Positions 21,136-33,900 of a stretch of DNA of 64,000 nucleotides are shown here, in pieces. The stretch lies in contig CM102289.1 of the NCBI GenBank assembly GCA_046563655.1, positions 8,122,001 to 8,186,000 on the forward strand. Reading direction: 5' to 3'. A model generated the notes under the pieces. That model was given only the letters and a program-made list of their open reading frames with translations, made no database searches and had not been told where the DNA came from. The stretch is from Yuukianura sp. NJ FZ-2021 (taxonomy: Eukaryota). A program made the translations under genes and the position numbers. How positions within the stretch are numbered: position 1 is the first letter of the stretch; every line of letters starts with the position of its first letter.

Positions 21136-23179
21136 ATGGAAACAAAGGCGAAGGGTAAATCCAAACGGAAACTGAGAGACGAGGGCGCCGTTTCGGCATC
21201 AGATTCTGACGATGAAATTGCAGCAGCGATTGTGACAGATGAAGATGTAGTCGACGAAAAGTCGGAAGTTGAAGATGAAGCGGAGGAAGAAGAAGATACT
21301 AGGACTTTCAAAGATCTGGTAATTGATAATTAAACTTTAATACCTGATTGATTGATAGTGTGGTCTAATTTTATGTGTTGCTTGACATTCAGGGACTTGT
21401 TGATGTTCTCTGTGAAGCTTGCGACAGCCTAAAATGGAAGAAACCTTCAAAAATTCAAAGGGAATCTATTCCGTTAGCCCTCACAGGTAGAATTTCTAAA
21501 CTAAAAGTAAAATTGAATCAAATTTTTTCAAGACTTAATTTTGAGTATTTGTATCCAATTAGGCAAAGACATAATTGGATTAGCTGAAACAGGATCTGGT
21601 AAAACTGGAGCCTTCGCTCTACCTATTCTTCAAAGTCTCTTGGAACATCCACAACGTTTATTCGCTCTTGTTCTCACACCGACAAGAGAGTTGGCCTTCC
21701 AGATTTCTGAACAATTTGAAGCATTGGGAGCTCGTATTGGTGTGAAATGTTCCGTTATCGTCGGCGGGATAGATATGATGACGCAGGCACTTTCTCTTGC
21801 AAAGAAGCCTCATATTATTATAGCAACGCCTGGACGACTGATTGATCATTTGGAGAATACAAAGGGATTCCACCTGAAAAGCCTGAAGTACCTTGTAAGT
21901 TACGTTCATGTTTATCATCACAACATCCAGCTCCAGTATAATTTTCCTAATTGTTAAATTGTTTAGGTAATGGACGAAGCCGATCGTATTCTCAACATGG
22001 ACTTTGAGGTTGAATTGGACAAGATTTTGAGAGTGATTCCTCAGGAAAGAAGGACGTACATGTTTTCAGCAACAATGACCAAAAAAGTAGAGAAATTGCA
22101 ACGTGCTTCGCTAAAAGATCCAGTCAAAGTGGAAGTATCTACTAAATACACAACCGTGGAAAAGTTACAACAATATTATCTCTTCATTCCTCTCAAGTTT
22201 AAGGTAATGTTTAAACTGAGTTGGTACAAAATGAAGTTAATCGTTAATCAGAAATGTTTTGGCTCACAGGACGTTTATCTTGTTCATATTCTAAATGAAC
22301 TGGCGGGAAACTCCTTTATGGTATTCTGTGCAACTTGTGCAAATGCAATGAGGACTGCGCTGTTACTGAGGAACTTGGGTTTCCACGCGATTCCGCTCCA
22401 CGGTCAAATGTCTCAGAATAAGCGACTTGCCTCACTCAACAAATTCCGGGCAAAGAATCGTTCAATTTTAATTTCCACTGATGTCGCCAGCAGGTATTTA
22501 CTAGTACATCCTTTTGAAGTTCTTTTAGCTTGGCTACAATAATTGTTATGTTTCTTGCAGAGGTTTGGATATTCCTCACGTGGACATTGTTATCAACTTT
22601 GATATACCAACACATTCAAAAGATTACATTCATCGTGTTGGGCGAACAGCTCGAGCTGGAAGAGCCGGCAGAGCCATCACATTTGTGACACAGGTTTGGC
22701 AATTACACTCAAGATTTTTGTAGTTGAAGTTAAAGTGCTAGCGAATCTTTTTGATACATTTAGTACGATGTCGAGCTGTACCAGCGGATTGAGCATCTTA
22801 TTGAAAAGAAATTACCACTTTACAAAACAGAAGAAGAGGAGGTCATGGTTCTCACTGAACGAGTATCAGAAGCACAGCGATTTGCCAAGATGGTATATAA
22901 CAACTTAAGTACAAGTAGAAATTACTCCGGTCAGCTGACGATTTACATTGATTTTTGTAGGAAATGAAAGAAATGGATGACAAAAGACGTGGAGCCGGTA
23001 AGCGCAAGAATGGCGACGACGAGGCTGATGATACCGAACAATCTTCAGGTATCCGGAAACGAATTAAAAACGGAGGAGGAGGTGGCGGCCATGGAGGAGG
23101 AGGAGGCGGTCGCGGAGGAGGACGAAATAATTCTCGAGGAGGAAGGGGTGGTGGAGGAAAGAAGAAATTTAAAAAATAA
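21136..23179 (+). CDS. DDX47: DEAD-box RNA helicase DDX47/Rrp3, multi-exon
   Basis: [61 protein letters not shown]-rich tail. Confidence 0.95.
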
Positions 23180-23514
23180 TTAATTCTTTTTATAGTTTAA
23201 CTAAAGTTTAATTTAATTTAATTAATAAATCAAATTATGTTATTTTACTTGTTCTGAATTGAATATTTTTTTAGTATTTAATATTTATATTAAAATTGGA
23301 CTTTTGATTTTCCCATCTCTGCGTCTGCGGAGGTTGGGTTTGGAGAAGTGGCTGTTTGTGAGACCGGACGTAAACATGACGTGTACTTATCTCCTGTGCT
23401 AAATTGATTGTCAGCTGTCATTCTCTTTGTTTCATTGACTTTAATCGGTGTTCGTAGTTTCTGATTAATTAGTTGTCAATTACTTTGGTTGAATTAACGG
23501 TAATAATCTCCAGA

Positions 23515-24879
23515 ATGGCAAGTGCGGAAGGTGACGTTTTGATTGATGTGAAGAATGCATACTACATGGGGAATTTTCAACAGTGTATCAACGAATCCCA
23601 AAAGCTCAGGGTGAGTAATCAAATCAAAATCCAAGTTGAGTCATGGATAAACCGAAACCGGGTATAAATCATATTTAACATGTCAGTATGGTAATGAATA
23701 GGTGTACCGGTTAACTCTTAAGTGAATGTCTGTTAAGCGTAGACTTCAAAATGTCTTAACATGATTCGAAATTTCAGGGATTGTCACCGGAACAGACCCT
23801 ACTGCGAGATCTCTATCTCTATCGAGCATACATTGCCCAGAAAAAGTTTACAGTTGTAATGGACGAAATTCGTCCCAATTCACCGCCAGAACTTTTGTCG
23901 CTGCGATTACTCGTGGAATTCCTGTCAGCTCCAAGCAAGCGGTAAGTCGGTAGCTTGAAATACCTTATGCTAGGAACATGTTCCTAACATGGGACTGAAC
24001 GATGGTCATTGTTCTACTATTACAGAGATACAATCGTTGAGAAGTTAGAGAAAGAGTTGTCATCTGGATTTGATGCTTCAAACTTCATGAAAGTGCTAGT
24101 TGCTGGTATGATTTACCACCATGTTGGAAATTATGAGTCTGCGCTTCGTGTCCTTCACCAAGCAGACAACTTGGAATGGTAAGGACATGAATAACATTAG
24201 TTTTATTTTACTGATCCAAGTGTAATGTGTTTGATTGATTCTGTTCATGTCCAGTTCTGCATTGACTGTTCAGACTTTGCTTGCTATTGATCGAGTCGAC
24301 TTGGCCCAAAAGGAATTACATAGCATGCATGAGCGAGATGAAGATGCGACATTGACGCAACTGGCCACGACATGGGTCAATCTTCGAATCGTAAGGCAAA
24401 CGTTTTCATTACCTTACCTTGTCTTTCTACTATCTATCTTGTACACCGTACGTAAATTTCAATTTGATCAAAGGGAGGTGAAAAGTACCAAGAGGCGTTT
24501 TACATTGTCCAAGAAATGGTGGATAAGTACGGAAGTACTCCAGTCCTACTGAATCTACTTGCTTCCTGCCAGATTGGTATGAAAATATAGTTAGTTACTT
24601 ACTTAGTAGTTTGAGTATTAATGATGTGAAATATTAGCGCAAGGAAAAAATGCCGAAGCCGAAGCTGTTTTGCAAGAGGCACTTGATAAGGATCCGAACA
24701 ACGCTTCGACCTTGATCAATCTCTTTATGAATTCCAATTTCGTTGGGAAAACTCCAGAGGTTGCTAGTCGGTATTTATCGCAGTTGAAGGATGCACATCC
24801 AAATCACGAATTCGTCCAGCAGTACCAAAAGAAAGAGGCCGATTTCGATCGTGCAGCAAAGTTGCCAACTCGGGGATAG
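23515..24879 (+). CDS. COPE: Coatomer subunit epsilon, multi-exon
   Basis: [70 protein letters not shown]. Confidence 0.94.
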
Positions 24880-25011
24880 AACTCAGTGCTACGAAGCCGG
24901 AAGTTACATCTTTTTCAATAAATTCCAATTCAATTTAGGTAAAAATACGCCCTACTTTATTGGTCGTCGATAGCTCCGCTCTTAATTGACAAAAAATTCA
25001 ACTCAGTCTGT

Positions 25012-25047
25012 TATTATAATAGCGAAGCTATTATGATAAAAGTGGTT

Positions 25048-25078
<31 letters not shown>

Positions 25079-26168
25079 CTGTCTGTCTGTCCAGATTAAT
25101 TATCTCAGAAACTACTGTCCCGATTTGATTCCGGTTTTCACCTATCAACACCCCATGACCCGGACTAGGTCGCTATTGAATATGACCCCAGGCTGTCAAC
25201 TCCTTCCGGGTCAAAGGTCAAGGTCAACCGGTTTCATCCCCGGTAACATGGAAAATGACCTCTACAAAAGTTGTTCATCTCATCGAGGGGAACAACTTTT
25301 GTGTGTAATGTGTGACCCTAGGTCACCTGCTTCCGGGTCAAAATCGCTTTTAAAGGTCATTTGTAATGCAAGTGTGGATAAAAAAACTCTGCTTGTGAGA
25401 CTGGAAAGGCAATTGGCATGGGCCTTGGTTCTCTGCTTAGCAAAAAATCCATTACGCAGTTGACTAACACACTCAACTGTCACCTGTCACACTTCATCTG
25501 TCACTTCACCTGTCACGCGCCGGGTGTCACCTGTCATGGCTGTCACGGCTGTCACTTGCCGGGTGTCAGCTGTCACCTGTCACTTTCCGGGTGTCACCTC
25601 TCACCTGTGACTTTCCGGGTGTCACCTGTCACTTGCCGGGTGTCAGCTGTCACCTGTCACTTGCCGGGTGTCACCTCTCACCTGTCACTTTCCGGGTGTC
25701 ACTTGTCACTTGCCGGGTGTCAGCTGTCACCTGTCACTTTCCGGGTGTCACCTCTCACCTGTCACGTGCCGGGTGTCACCTGTCACTTGTCACTTGCCGG
25801 GTGTCACCTGCCACGTGCCGCGTGTCACCTGTCACCCTCAAGTGTCACTTGCCGGGTGTCACCTGTCACGCCTCAGCTGTCACGTCTCACCTGTCAAAAC
25901 CCCCTGGGGGGGCGGGAAAGTGGGGGAACACACCCCCACTACCCCGGGGGGGCTGGAAAGTGGGGGAACACACCCCTACGCTTCCTGGGGTGCGGAGCAA
26001 AAAGCGGGAAAACACACCCCTACTCCCCGGGGGGGGGGGGCGGTAAAGTGAGGAAAACACACCCCCCACTTCCCCCGGGGGGGAGGCAGGAAAGTGGGGG
26101 GAACAAACCCCCTTCGGGGGGCCTATTGCTTCGCTATTATCAGTATGGGCGGTTTACAACCGGTTTAT
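25012..26168 (+). mobile_element. Non-autonomous Helentron-type element (HINE/DINE-1-like)
   Basis: 13-bp subterminal IR ataatagcgaagc (25016-25028) / gcttcgctattat (26128-26140); (GTCT/GTCC)n microsatellite near the 5' end; central tandem repeats; 3' hairpin cggtt-tac-aaccg (26150-26162); T-rich ends. Confidence 0.8.
25477..25896. repeat. Complex minisatellite of TGTCAC(C/T) and GCCGGGTGTCA units
   Basis: Directly visible; it produces spurious C/H/V/T-rich ORFs in all three plus frames. Confidence 0.9.
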
Positions 26169-26316
26169 TCTGATTCCATTTATTTCGGTTATCTCGGTGC
26201 GCAGTAAGGCTTTTCGGTTCTCGGAGTTTGTTTTAACTATACTGACGTAAAGATAGGCTGGTTGTTGTATTGGCAGCACCTGATTAGCCAATCGTAAATT
26301 GCTCAATGCTCACTTC

Positions 26317-27685
26317 TCAAAGCCGCGGTCTAAAGAATCCGCCGATAACTGGACTCCGTCCAGGTGAGTTTGAGTTAGGAAGATCTAGAAAGTGAAGAGA
26401 TTTGTAATTCCTTTTGTGTGTTGTTATTTTAGCAGTTTCTATATAGCTGGATAGATTTTAAAATCAGTACTATTCTTACTACCTTCACGTTTGATAAACT
26501 CTCTAGTTTCCTCAGTGACTCCATTCTTGTTCGTTTTGTACGTTATGATCTCTCTTCCCTCAGGAGTTTCTCGGATTTTGGTAGCGGTGATAGACACATT
26601 TGACTAATATTTAACATATTTCAGTAATTGTTCTGAATTAGCAATGTAGATTGAGATTCAGATTTTTATGATTTAGTATTTGTTTCGTTTGTATTGTTCT
26701 GTCTCACCCCATCTGACTGCAATGTGCTCTCCTGACTGGAGAAGCTGAAATAGCTACCGCCCTGGAAATCTCCATTTGGGAAGAGGTTTCCAAAAACCGA
26801 TTCAGAATCACGGTCAGTACCATTGGTGTCCCAGATCGAATCCAGAATTCTTCCAAGAAATGAGTGAGAGTGACCAGGAACTCTGTAAAAAAATAACTTA
26901 GGTGACGTGACGTATACATGTTGGTTACATTGGCCAATTGGCGTGTTTTCGTATTTCGAACTTACAGGTCATGCTCGGCAAAACGCCCCTGGTCTTTTTG
27001 GTCAGGTTTCAACATTAGATCTCTCAAGTTCTTGTCAGGAGAAGGACCTGTTTCTGGATTATCGGCTGCATTAGGCTGCTCAATAATAGTAGTAGCATTT
27101 GGATGTCCTCGTCCGAAGAATTTGAAGTAGCGTTGATCCTGATCATCGTCGATTTCCTCAATAGTTGGTCCGGAATCTCGTCCCGGTCCTATCTTTGGTA
27201 TTGCAGCAGTATCTGTACCATGTCCCAAATTAGCTTGGCGTAATACTGCGGTTTAAGCAAACAAAGTTCTTACTGAAGGCAAAGTCATCAAATATCTTCA
27301 TCGTTCGTTCAAACTCTTCGAAAAAGCTTTTCGTATTGCTAAAGAAGTCGAAGGGGTCAGTTCTTGTTGAAGAATTTCTCGATTCCCTAGAAATAGGCAG
27401 TTTTTAAGTGGGATTCTAAAGTATCTAAGTATTTCATGGAAACTTGGCATACAGTGGTTCTGAACTCCATTGTCCATGATGCGGATGTGATCGTGGTGCG
27501 TTGTTCGGGAACTCCAAAATGCGTTTATTCCCATAATTTCCAGTGTCATCATAAACTCCTTGGTCAGCACGAACGTTTGGTTCCGTTGAGCGGTCTGATT
27601 GTCCGCTGTGTAGAAACCCTTTGAAGAACTGGCCAAACAAGTGGAATCTTTGCTTCAGTCTATCAGAAATGTTGCTATCCTCCAT
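26317..27685 (-). CDS. HAX1: HAX1-like protein (HCLS1-associated X-1), multi-exon
   Basis: F-rich segment DPFDFFSNTKSFFEEFERTMKIFDDF; NLRDLMLKPD; SNVSITATKIRETPEG...GVTEETR; ends GGFFRPRL*. Family assignment is from memory of HAX1 motifs only. Confidence 0.55.
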
Positions 27686-28288
27686 TGTTGACTTGACTTC
27701 GTAACTTCGTTTGATAATTCGATTTGGATATTCCTGAACTTCCGAAAGTCCTATAAAACAATATAATAAAGATAGGCTAAGTACTGCAGTAATAGCAATT
27801 CCAGCACAAAATCTAAAATCAGGAATACTTGTACTTCGTACACAACATACGTTTGTTGGTCGTTTTCCCGATGAAACGGTACCGCAAAGTTGTCGCTAGA
27901 GAAATTCCGAGCTTTAGGCTGTCCAGATACCGGTATGTGATGCAAACAATTAAACTAATTGTTTAAAATTAAAAGTTTAACAAGTATTTGTGTTGAAATT
28001 TAAGTTTACCGAATCAATTAACTAAATTAATTAAGGGAAAGGGAAATCAGATGTTCGATGTCAGATGTGGAATTTGATTTTGGTTATTGGCATTTGTAAT
28101 GTGTGTTTAAAATTCCCGCCACTGGGGAATATTCCATTTTGATGCAATGCAATTGCAATGACGCCTATTCCTGTTGTAGTATGAATATTTATAATTCTTT
28201 TTCTTATTATATTAAGTACGAGTGCAGATGCCCGTTAATTAAACTAACTGTTCAACTATGAATTAAATTAACTTTTAAACATCAATGT

Positions 28289-30623
28289 TTACTCAAGTTC
28301 TAGGCGGTCAACGCCATTTTCATGTATTCCGGCATCTTCTCTCATTAGTCCAGAATTGTCCTTTTTGCGTTTCCCGCTCGTTCCTCCACCTATTGCGTAG
28401 TTTCCAAAACTCTTATGAGCTAGGAAAAGTGAAGCCAAGACATGAAGTGACTGGATCCGTGACTTGTAGACGGGTATGTCCAAAATATCTAGGAAAATGT
28501 CAAAGGTCAACTTGAAGGGTAGAATGTTGTGTGACTCGAAAGTACTTACTGCAGACAATGTCGATGTACGTCTTGAGGTCACAGTCGATGTCAGGAGGCG
28601 GGAGTTTCGTCGTGGCTAATAAATTTTCGAATCCTGGAGGCCATTCCTGGAGAAGAAGGTCAATGTCTGGCATTGGTCTGGAATTCCAAACGCAACGTGA
28701 AAATTTGTAAATTTGTGTTAGTAGTGCAAGTGATTGTTAGAATTTTCGTTTCAGTTTTGCTAGTACTTGGAATAGTGGATAGATGGACTTGGTTTGGAGC
28801 GATGGAGGTCACTGATGTCCTTGATCCAGTTGTCAATGACTTTGGAATTCTTGCCAACATTTTCTACTTTCTTGACAACAACGGCTTTGGCCGAAGATTG
28901 TTTCGCCATAGCTCTTAGACGCAAGTCCAAGACTGAGGGATCACTTTGAAATGCGCATGGTTCATCCAGGACTTTGATTCCAAGGTTGTCGTTACTGATT
29001 TCGGGGTGGATGACCTGAATATAAGGCACAAAATTTGAAATTTTTGGAAATATTTGTGGAATTAAGTTTATGTTTGAATTGTACCTTGAGAAAAGCATCA
29101 ATGTCGCCAACACTCGGGTAGAACTCGGGAATGAATGGCTTCAATTTGACATCCACTTGAGATGAAGTTGGTGGAGGTGAATACCTAAAGAAATTCAAAC
29201 TTTTGAAAAATCGGTTTCACGATTTTAGTGGGGTTTGTACGCACATTGTTATGTATTCAAAGAGTTCCTTGATTTCGGAAGTTGTGTTAAGGTGTTCGTA
29301 GTCGTCTGCGTTGTACATCCTGGAATTCATAGGAAATTTTCATCCTTCAGTTAACAAAGTTTTAAAGTTTTAGAAAAGTTGGTAAAGCGGTGCTAGAAAG
29401 CTTTGCAAAGCTACCAGTAGCCTTTCTGGTGAACGCCAGGTTTGGAAGTAAATTTTGCAACCAATCGGATTTCATCTCTTTTTACTTCCAGGTCAGATTC
29501 GTGCAGTTTTTGCCGCATTTGTTCTAATTCCTGAACGAATTACAAGGAATCATAAAGTTTCGAAATATTTCAAAAACAGATTTTTTTAAACAAGTTTTAG
29601 GTTTTGTTGGTTTCATGCGAAAATTTGTTAGGACGGACCTCGTCTGTGGGTACTCCAATCACTGCAAAACACAAAATTTATGTTAAAGCGGCGTTGCAAG
29701 TTAGGACAAAAACAAAACGCGCCAAAAAATTTCGTTCAATGGAAAATTTGAACGCAAACGTTAGTTTTTCTGCAGACAGCAAGCGATTTTTTGGTTTTTG
29801 TAGCCGTTTATGTTTTGGGCAGTTTTGGTTTGGGTGGTATTACATGGGGTGGCGATTGTTGGGCTAAAGCAGGGATGGGTGACAGGAATTGGGGTGACCA
29901 GGCCGAGTCCACGGTCAGCAGAGTTTTGGACAAGCGTCTTAAGGGCCATGTAGTGCTTAAATTCTTCGTAAGACAATTTGGCAAGTTCCTCTTCGTCCAA
30001 ATCCGAGTTTATGCTTTCGTCGTTGTAGTCTTCTTCGTCACGGAATTCCTTGCCAAAATTGGCTCGAAAAGCGTCAACTTTCCTTCTTCTGAAGCAAATA
30101 AGCGTGGAATTGGCAAAAACTTGTGACTTTGGGAAATTGTATTCAGTTACCCCTCGATTTGAGCCAATCGACTGTTGCGTTGATACTCTGACTCTTCATC
30201 TTCGTCATCCTCTTCGTCGTCACTCTGGTCTTGACCCGGACGATCCGATTTCTTGGATTGACCGGTCTTGTTTTCCAGTGGTTTCGTTTTGAGTGAGTCC
30301 ATTGGTTCGAGAGATCCACTGCTAAGTTCCTTCTTGATGTTCTAAAAAATGGAAATGGAAGGCAAGAAATTGCAAGAATTTTGGTAGAAATTTGAAAATT
30401 TTGGAATTTTTGTGAATTGACTTGCCGATTTCGGTTCTGGATCTTCCTTCATAGTGACGTGTCCACTTGACGGTTTCCTTGTGGGTGTCAAGGAGCTGGT
30501 GACATGGATAATGGAGTCACTACTTTTAGGTTTGGTTGTTGACTCAGTCGGAGGGGTTGTCCGATGGTCAGGCTCGTCCTCTTGACTTTCACTTTCCACT
30601 TCTTCGGCTGACTCGTCATACAT
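28289..30623 (-). CDS. IFT46: Intraflagellar transport protein 46, multi-exon, with a long acidic N-terminus
   Basis: YNADDYEHLNTTSEIKELFEYI; LKPFIPEFYPSVGDIDAFLKV; LGIKVLDEPCAFQSDPSVLDLRL; IDNWIKDISDLH; MPDIDLLLQEWP; IQSLHVL. The start (MYDESAEEV) is less certain. Confidence 0.9.
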
Positions 30624-30783
30624 GTCGGATTTATGCAAAATGAAATGCAAAATCAATCCAGAACGTAAGCGCTTGCTTGATACAAAACAAACGTCAAATG
30701 GAAAGATTTTTTAAGAAAACACATATGGAATTTCACACTGTTGATGTGTTTGTAAATTCTGATACTTTATGGAGCACGTACTC

Positions 30784-30797
30784 GTTGTCAAGGTTAC
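30784..30797. promoter_or_regulatory. X-box-like GTTGTCAAGGTTAC upstream of IFT46
   Basis: Degenerate X-box ~160 nt upstream of the inferred ATG; forkhead-like TGTTTGT nearby. Confidence 0.5.
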
Positions 30798-30949
30798 AAA
30801 AGTCAAAATATAGGCTCTGCTATGATATGTTTCAAAAGTTGGAAAAATGATATGCGCAGTGGAAGCGGTTTACAATCTTTGCTTTTTTTTTGTGAAAAAT
30901 TAAGTTTTTGAAAATTATTTAAGTTTTAGATTCTCTGTTCGTTGAGAAC

Positions 30950-33900
30950 TTAAACGCAGGCTTTGGTTTTTGTCGGAGGCGCAAGCGCTGTTGTCGTGAG
31001 TTCTTCCAGTTTGTACAGTTGATGATGTGGAACAGGTCGAAGGTCAAGGGTCTGTGACTTTTCTGGCTCGAATTTACCATCCAGTTCGGCCAACAAGTTG
31101 AACAAAACTTCTTTGAGTACTTCGTGAGATCCGAACAATGGGAAGCGTAGGTTTGCTGCAGCATCGGCTGAATGCTTCTGGCGTTTTTCTTTGTTGGTAA
31201 CGCCTTGAGCCTGGACGTTTTCTTTTTCTGAAAGTTCGTAGTCTTCAAACTTCGGAGCCTTCCAGTGTCCTTGCAGTTTTTCAAAATTTTCGAAACTTTC
31301 GGAGTGGACAATGTCCCTGATGAGAAAGAGAGAGATCGAAATTGAAAAAGTTCAATCTCGTGGAATTTCAATTGAAAATTGGAGATGAAAATTTTCGTTT
31401 TTGAGTTACCAGAGGACGGAACGCAAGATTTCGCGACTGAGGAGCTGTGCAAATGGCGGAAGTGTCAACTCCGGTAGATTTTGAATGTCCGATGTAGTCT
31501 TGGCGGGAAGAGGTTTACATGGTGGAATCGGAGGCCGCAATGTTTGAACACTACAAAATTCAAACAAAAGTTACTTAGACCAAAGAAAAAAATATTCCAA
31601 TTTTCTTTTTTACGGGAAAACGTTGGAAATAGATAAAACGTCGTAAACGTGAAATGGGAAAAAAAGTACAGTGCATTCTGTAAATAAGCAACTAAAAACC
31701 TCAAACCTTCCCCCATTTCTTATAAAGCCACACTGAGGCCCACGACAAGAAATGGAGACATGGCTGATGTTTTTAGTTGCTTATTTAGAGAGTGAGGTGT
31801 AATTCTTTTTTTTTTTGAAAAATTCTCAAGAAGAAAGTTTACTATCGGGATCCAAAAAATTGGTTTACTTTTACTTACTACTTTTTTGGACTTTTTTTTT
31901 TTATACTTTTTCGTGTTGAAAACCTACCTTCCACTGCTGCAATCTAACATTCCAAATGCAGAGGTGACATAGAGCGTGATCGAGATGACCTTGCTGCAAG
32001 GTTCGTATGGTTCAGGTCGTTGTCCATACTTTTTCTGAAAAAATCAAAAAGTTGTCTTTTTAAAGGATAGGTACAAAATTTTGTGAAATCTTAAATGTTT
32101 CATGAGTTTGTAACCAATAGTCTTGTGTTGGCTTCTGCTTCGCTGATTCTGTTACAAAGCAAAAACGATTTGCAGGCCTCCCATTTTTTGATCAGACTGC
32201 TACAGAGAGCTTCTTCTGTAAGATCCGTGAAAGTACAACGAGTCAAGGTTGTGCACATGATCGCTGCACTACCGCCGTAAATTGTTATTTGACAAGCAAC
32301 TTTATCCTGTTGATAACCAAATTAATTATAATTATAATAGTAATAATTTTGATGGAGTATTTTTTAGTCTGAATTTAGCAAAAACTTGTGTTTCTTTTTC
32401 ACTTTTGGTTGAATGATTCCTTCACATGGTCGAAAAGTTATTGACCCGCCTCCATCAATTTCAGTTTTTTCTGGCCATGAAAATGAGACTTCGTGATCCT
32501 CTGACAAGTTTGTCAGAAACACAACACTGAAAAAATGTCAAAAGTCAAAGGTTATACGAATTGGTAGGAAATTTGTGGTTGTTGAGCCAGTTGTGTTTAC
32601 CTTGTGTCCTGTTGTCCAGTTGGTACGAACTGCTTGACCGTGACATGAATTGGCGAAACTGATACTGGGGCAACTGGATCCGTCAGTAGGGAATAACGTT
32701 CGGCAAATAGCGCTCCGAGTTCAGATGGAGAAAGCAATGTTGTTTTTTGAATCAGCGGTGGTCCATGGACTTTGATCAAAGTCTCTCCGCCATCCCACTT
32801 GGCAACAAATTGAATCTAAAAAGTTTAAAAAAGTTGTAAAATAAGTTGTAATTTGTTAAAAAGTAGGATTTACGTAGTAGTCTTTCATTTCAATTGGGCA
32901 AAATCTGATTTTAATTGAGCCCCATGACCTCGGTGGGATTATGCCTCGTTTGTCCACGAGGTCAAACGCACTGTGTCCGAAATTTTCGTTTTTGCATATC
33001 CGAAATGGATCCGAGTTGATTTTGAATTTGGCTGGAACAGTTCCACCGTTGTATAACCAAATGAGCTAAAACAAGAAAATTGAAAAAAAAAATTGAGAAT
33101 TTTAATTTTGATTTTAAAAGTTAAGCAAAATTAAAATTTTGAAAAAAACTGCAGCGTTTTACTTGGATTGGTGGATCCATGTCAGACAGCGACACTGGCA
33201 CGAGTTGAACTTCTTTGTCATAGAAGTGTTGGACATAGGGTTTGTCCGGTTCCAACGTTCGACCTTTGACATGCAACCAGACGAAGATGGACGGATTCAC
33301 TCGCAGTAGGTAGTAGATATCATGCGCTCCAAGGACCTTGTAGGTGTATCGAAACGTTACTTGAACGTTTTCGTGCGGTTCCAACTTCCCCGATTGTGGT
33401 ATCACTTTGAAGTAACTAGCATCTCGAAATGGCTTGACACTGAAGCAAATGTTCTTCTCTCGGGTCAAGTTGAGGTCAAGGTCAGCAGCAGACTTTCTGT
33501 ATTTGTCGATGATTCGACGGCTCCAGAGGCTGCTGAGGAACTTCGGATCGCTTGGATTGTTGCCGTCAAAGACAGCTGGAGATCCGTCGTCCATGATAAA
33601 CTGCGGAAGTATTTTGGGCGGCTCTTTATGAATTTCCCAATTGGCTGAAATTCTTCCTTTGTTGGACAGCAGGAGTGTAAAGATGGCTGATTCTGAACCA
33701 AGCGGTGCTGGCGGAAAGTTGAATGAAACTGTTGGAGGGATTCTCATTTGTCCTTCGAAAGCTAGGGAGTGGGTCACATCGCCAACCACTTTGTTCAATC
33801 TAGAGGAAAAAATTGTTCAAAAATCAAAATTTTTCAAAATTTTGAAATCGTTAGAGAAAATGTTATTTTGAATTTTGTTCAAAGTACTTGTCTAGGGAAA

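Noticed and set aside
25477..26121. CRISPR-like repeat-spacer array
   Set aside because: Eukaryotic context, no unique spacers and no cas genes; these are degenerate tandem repeats.
25418..26173. Cys/His-rich ORFs of 251, 151 and 127 aa (metallothionein- or zinc-finger-like)
   Set aside because: Translations of the TGTCAC minisatellite, open in all three frames, inside a non-autonomous element.
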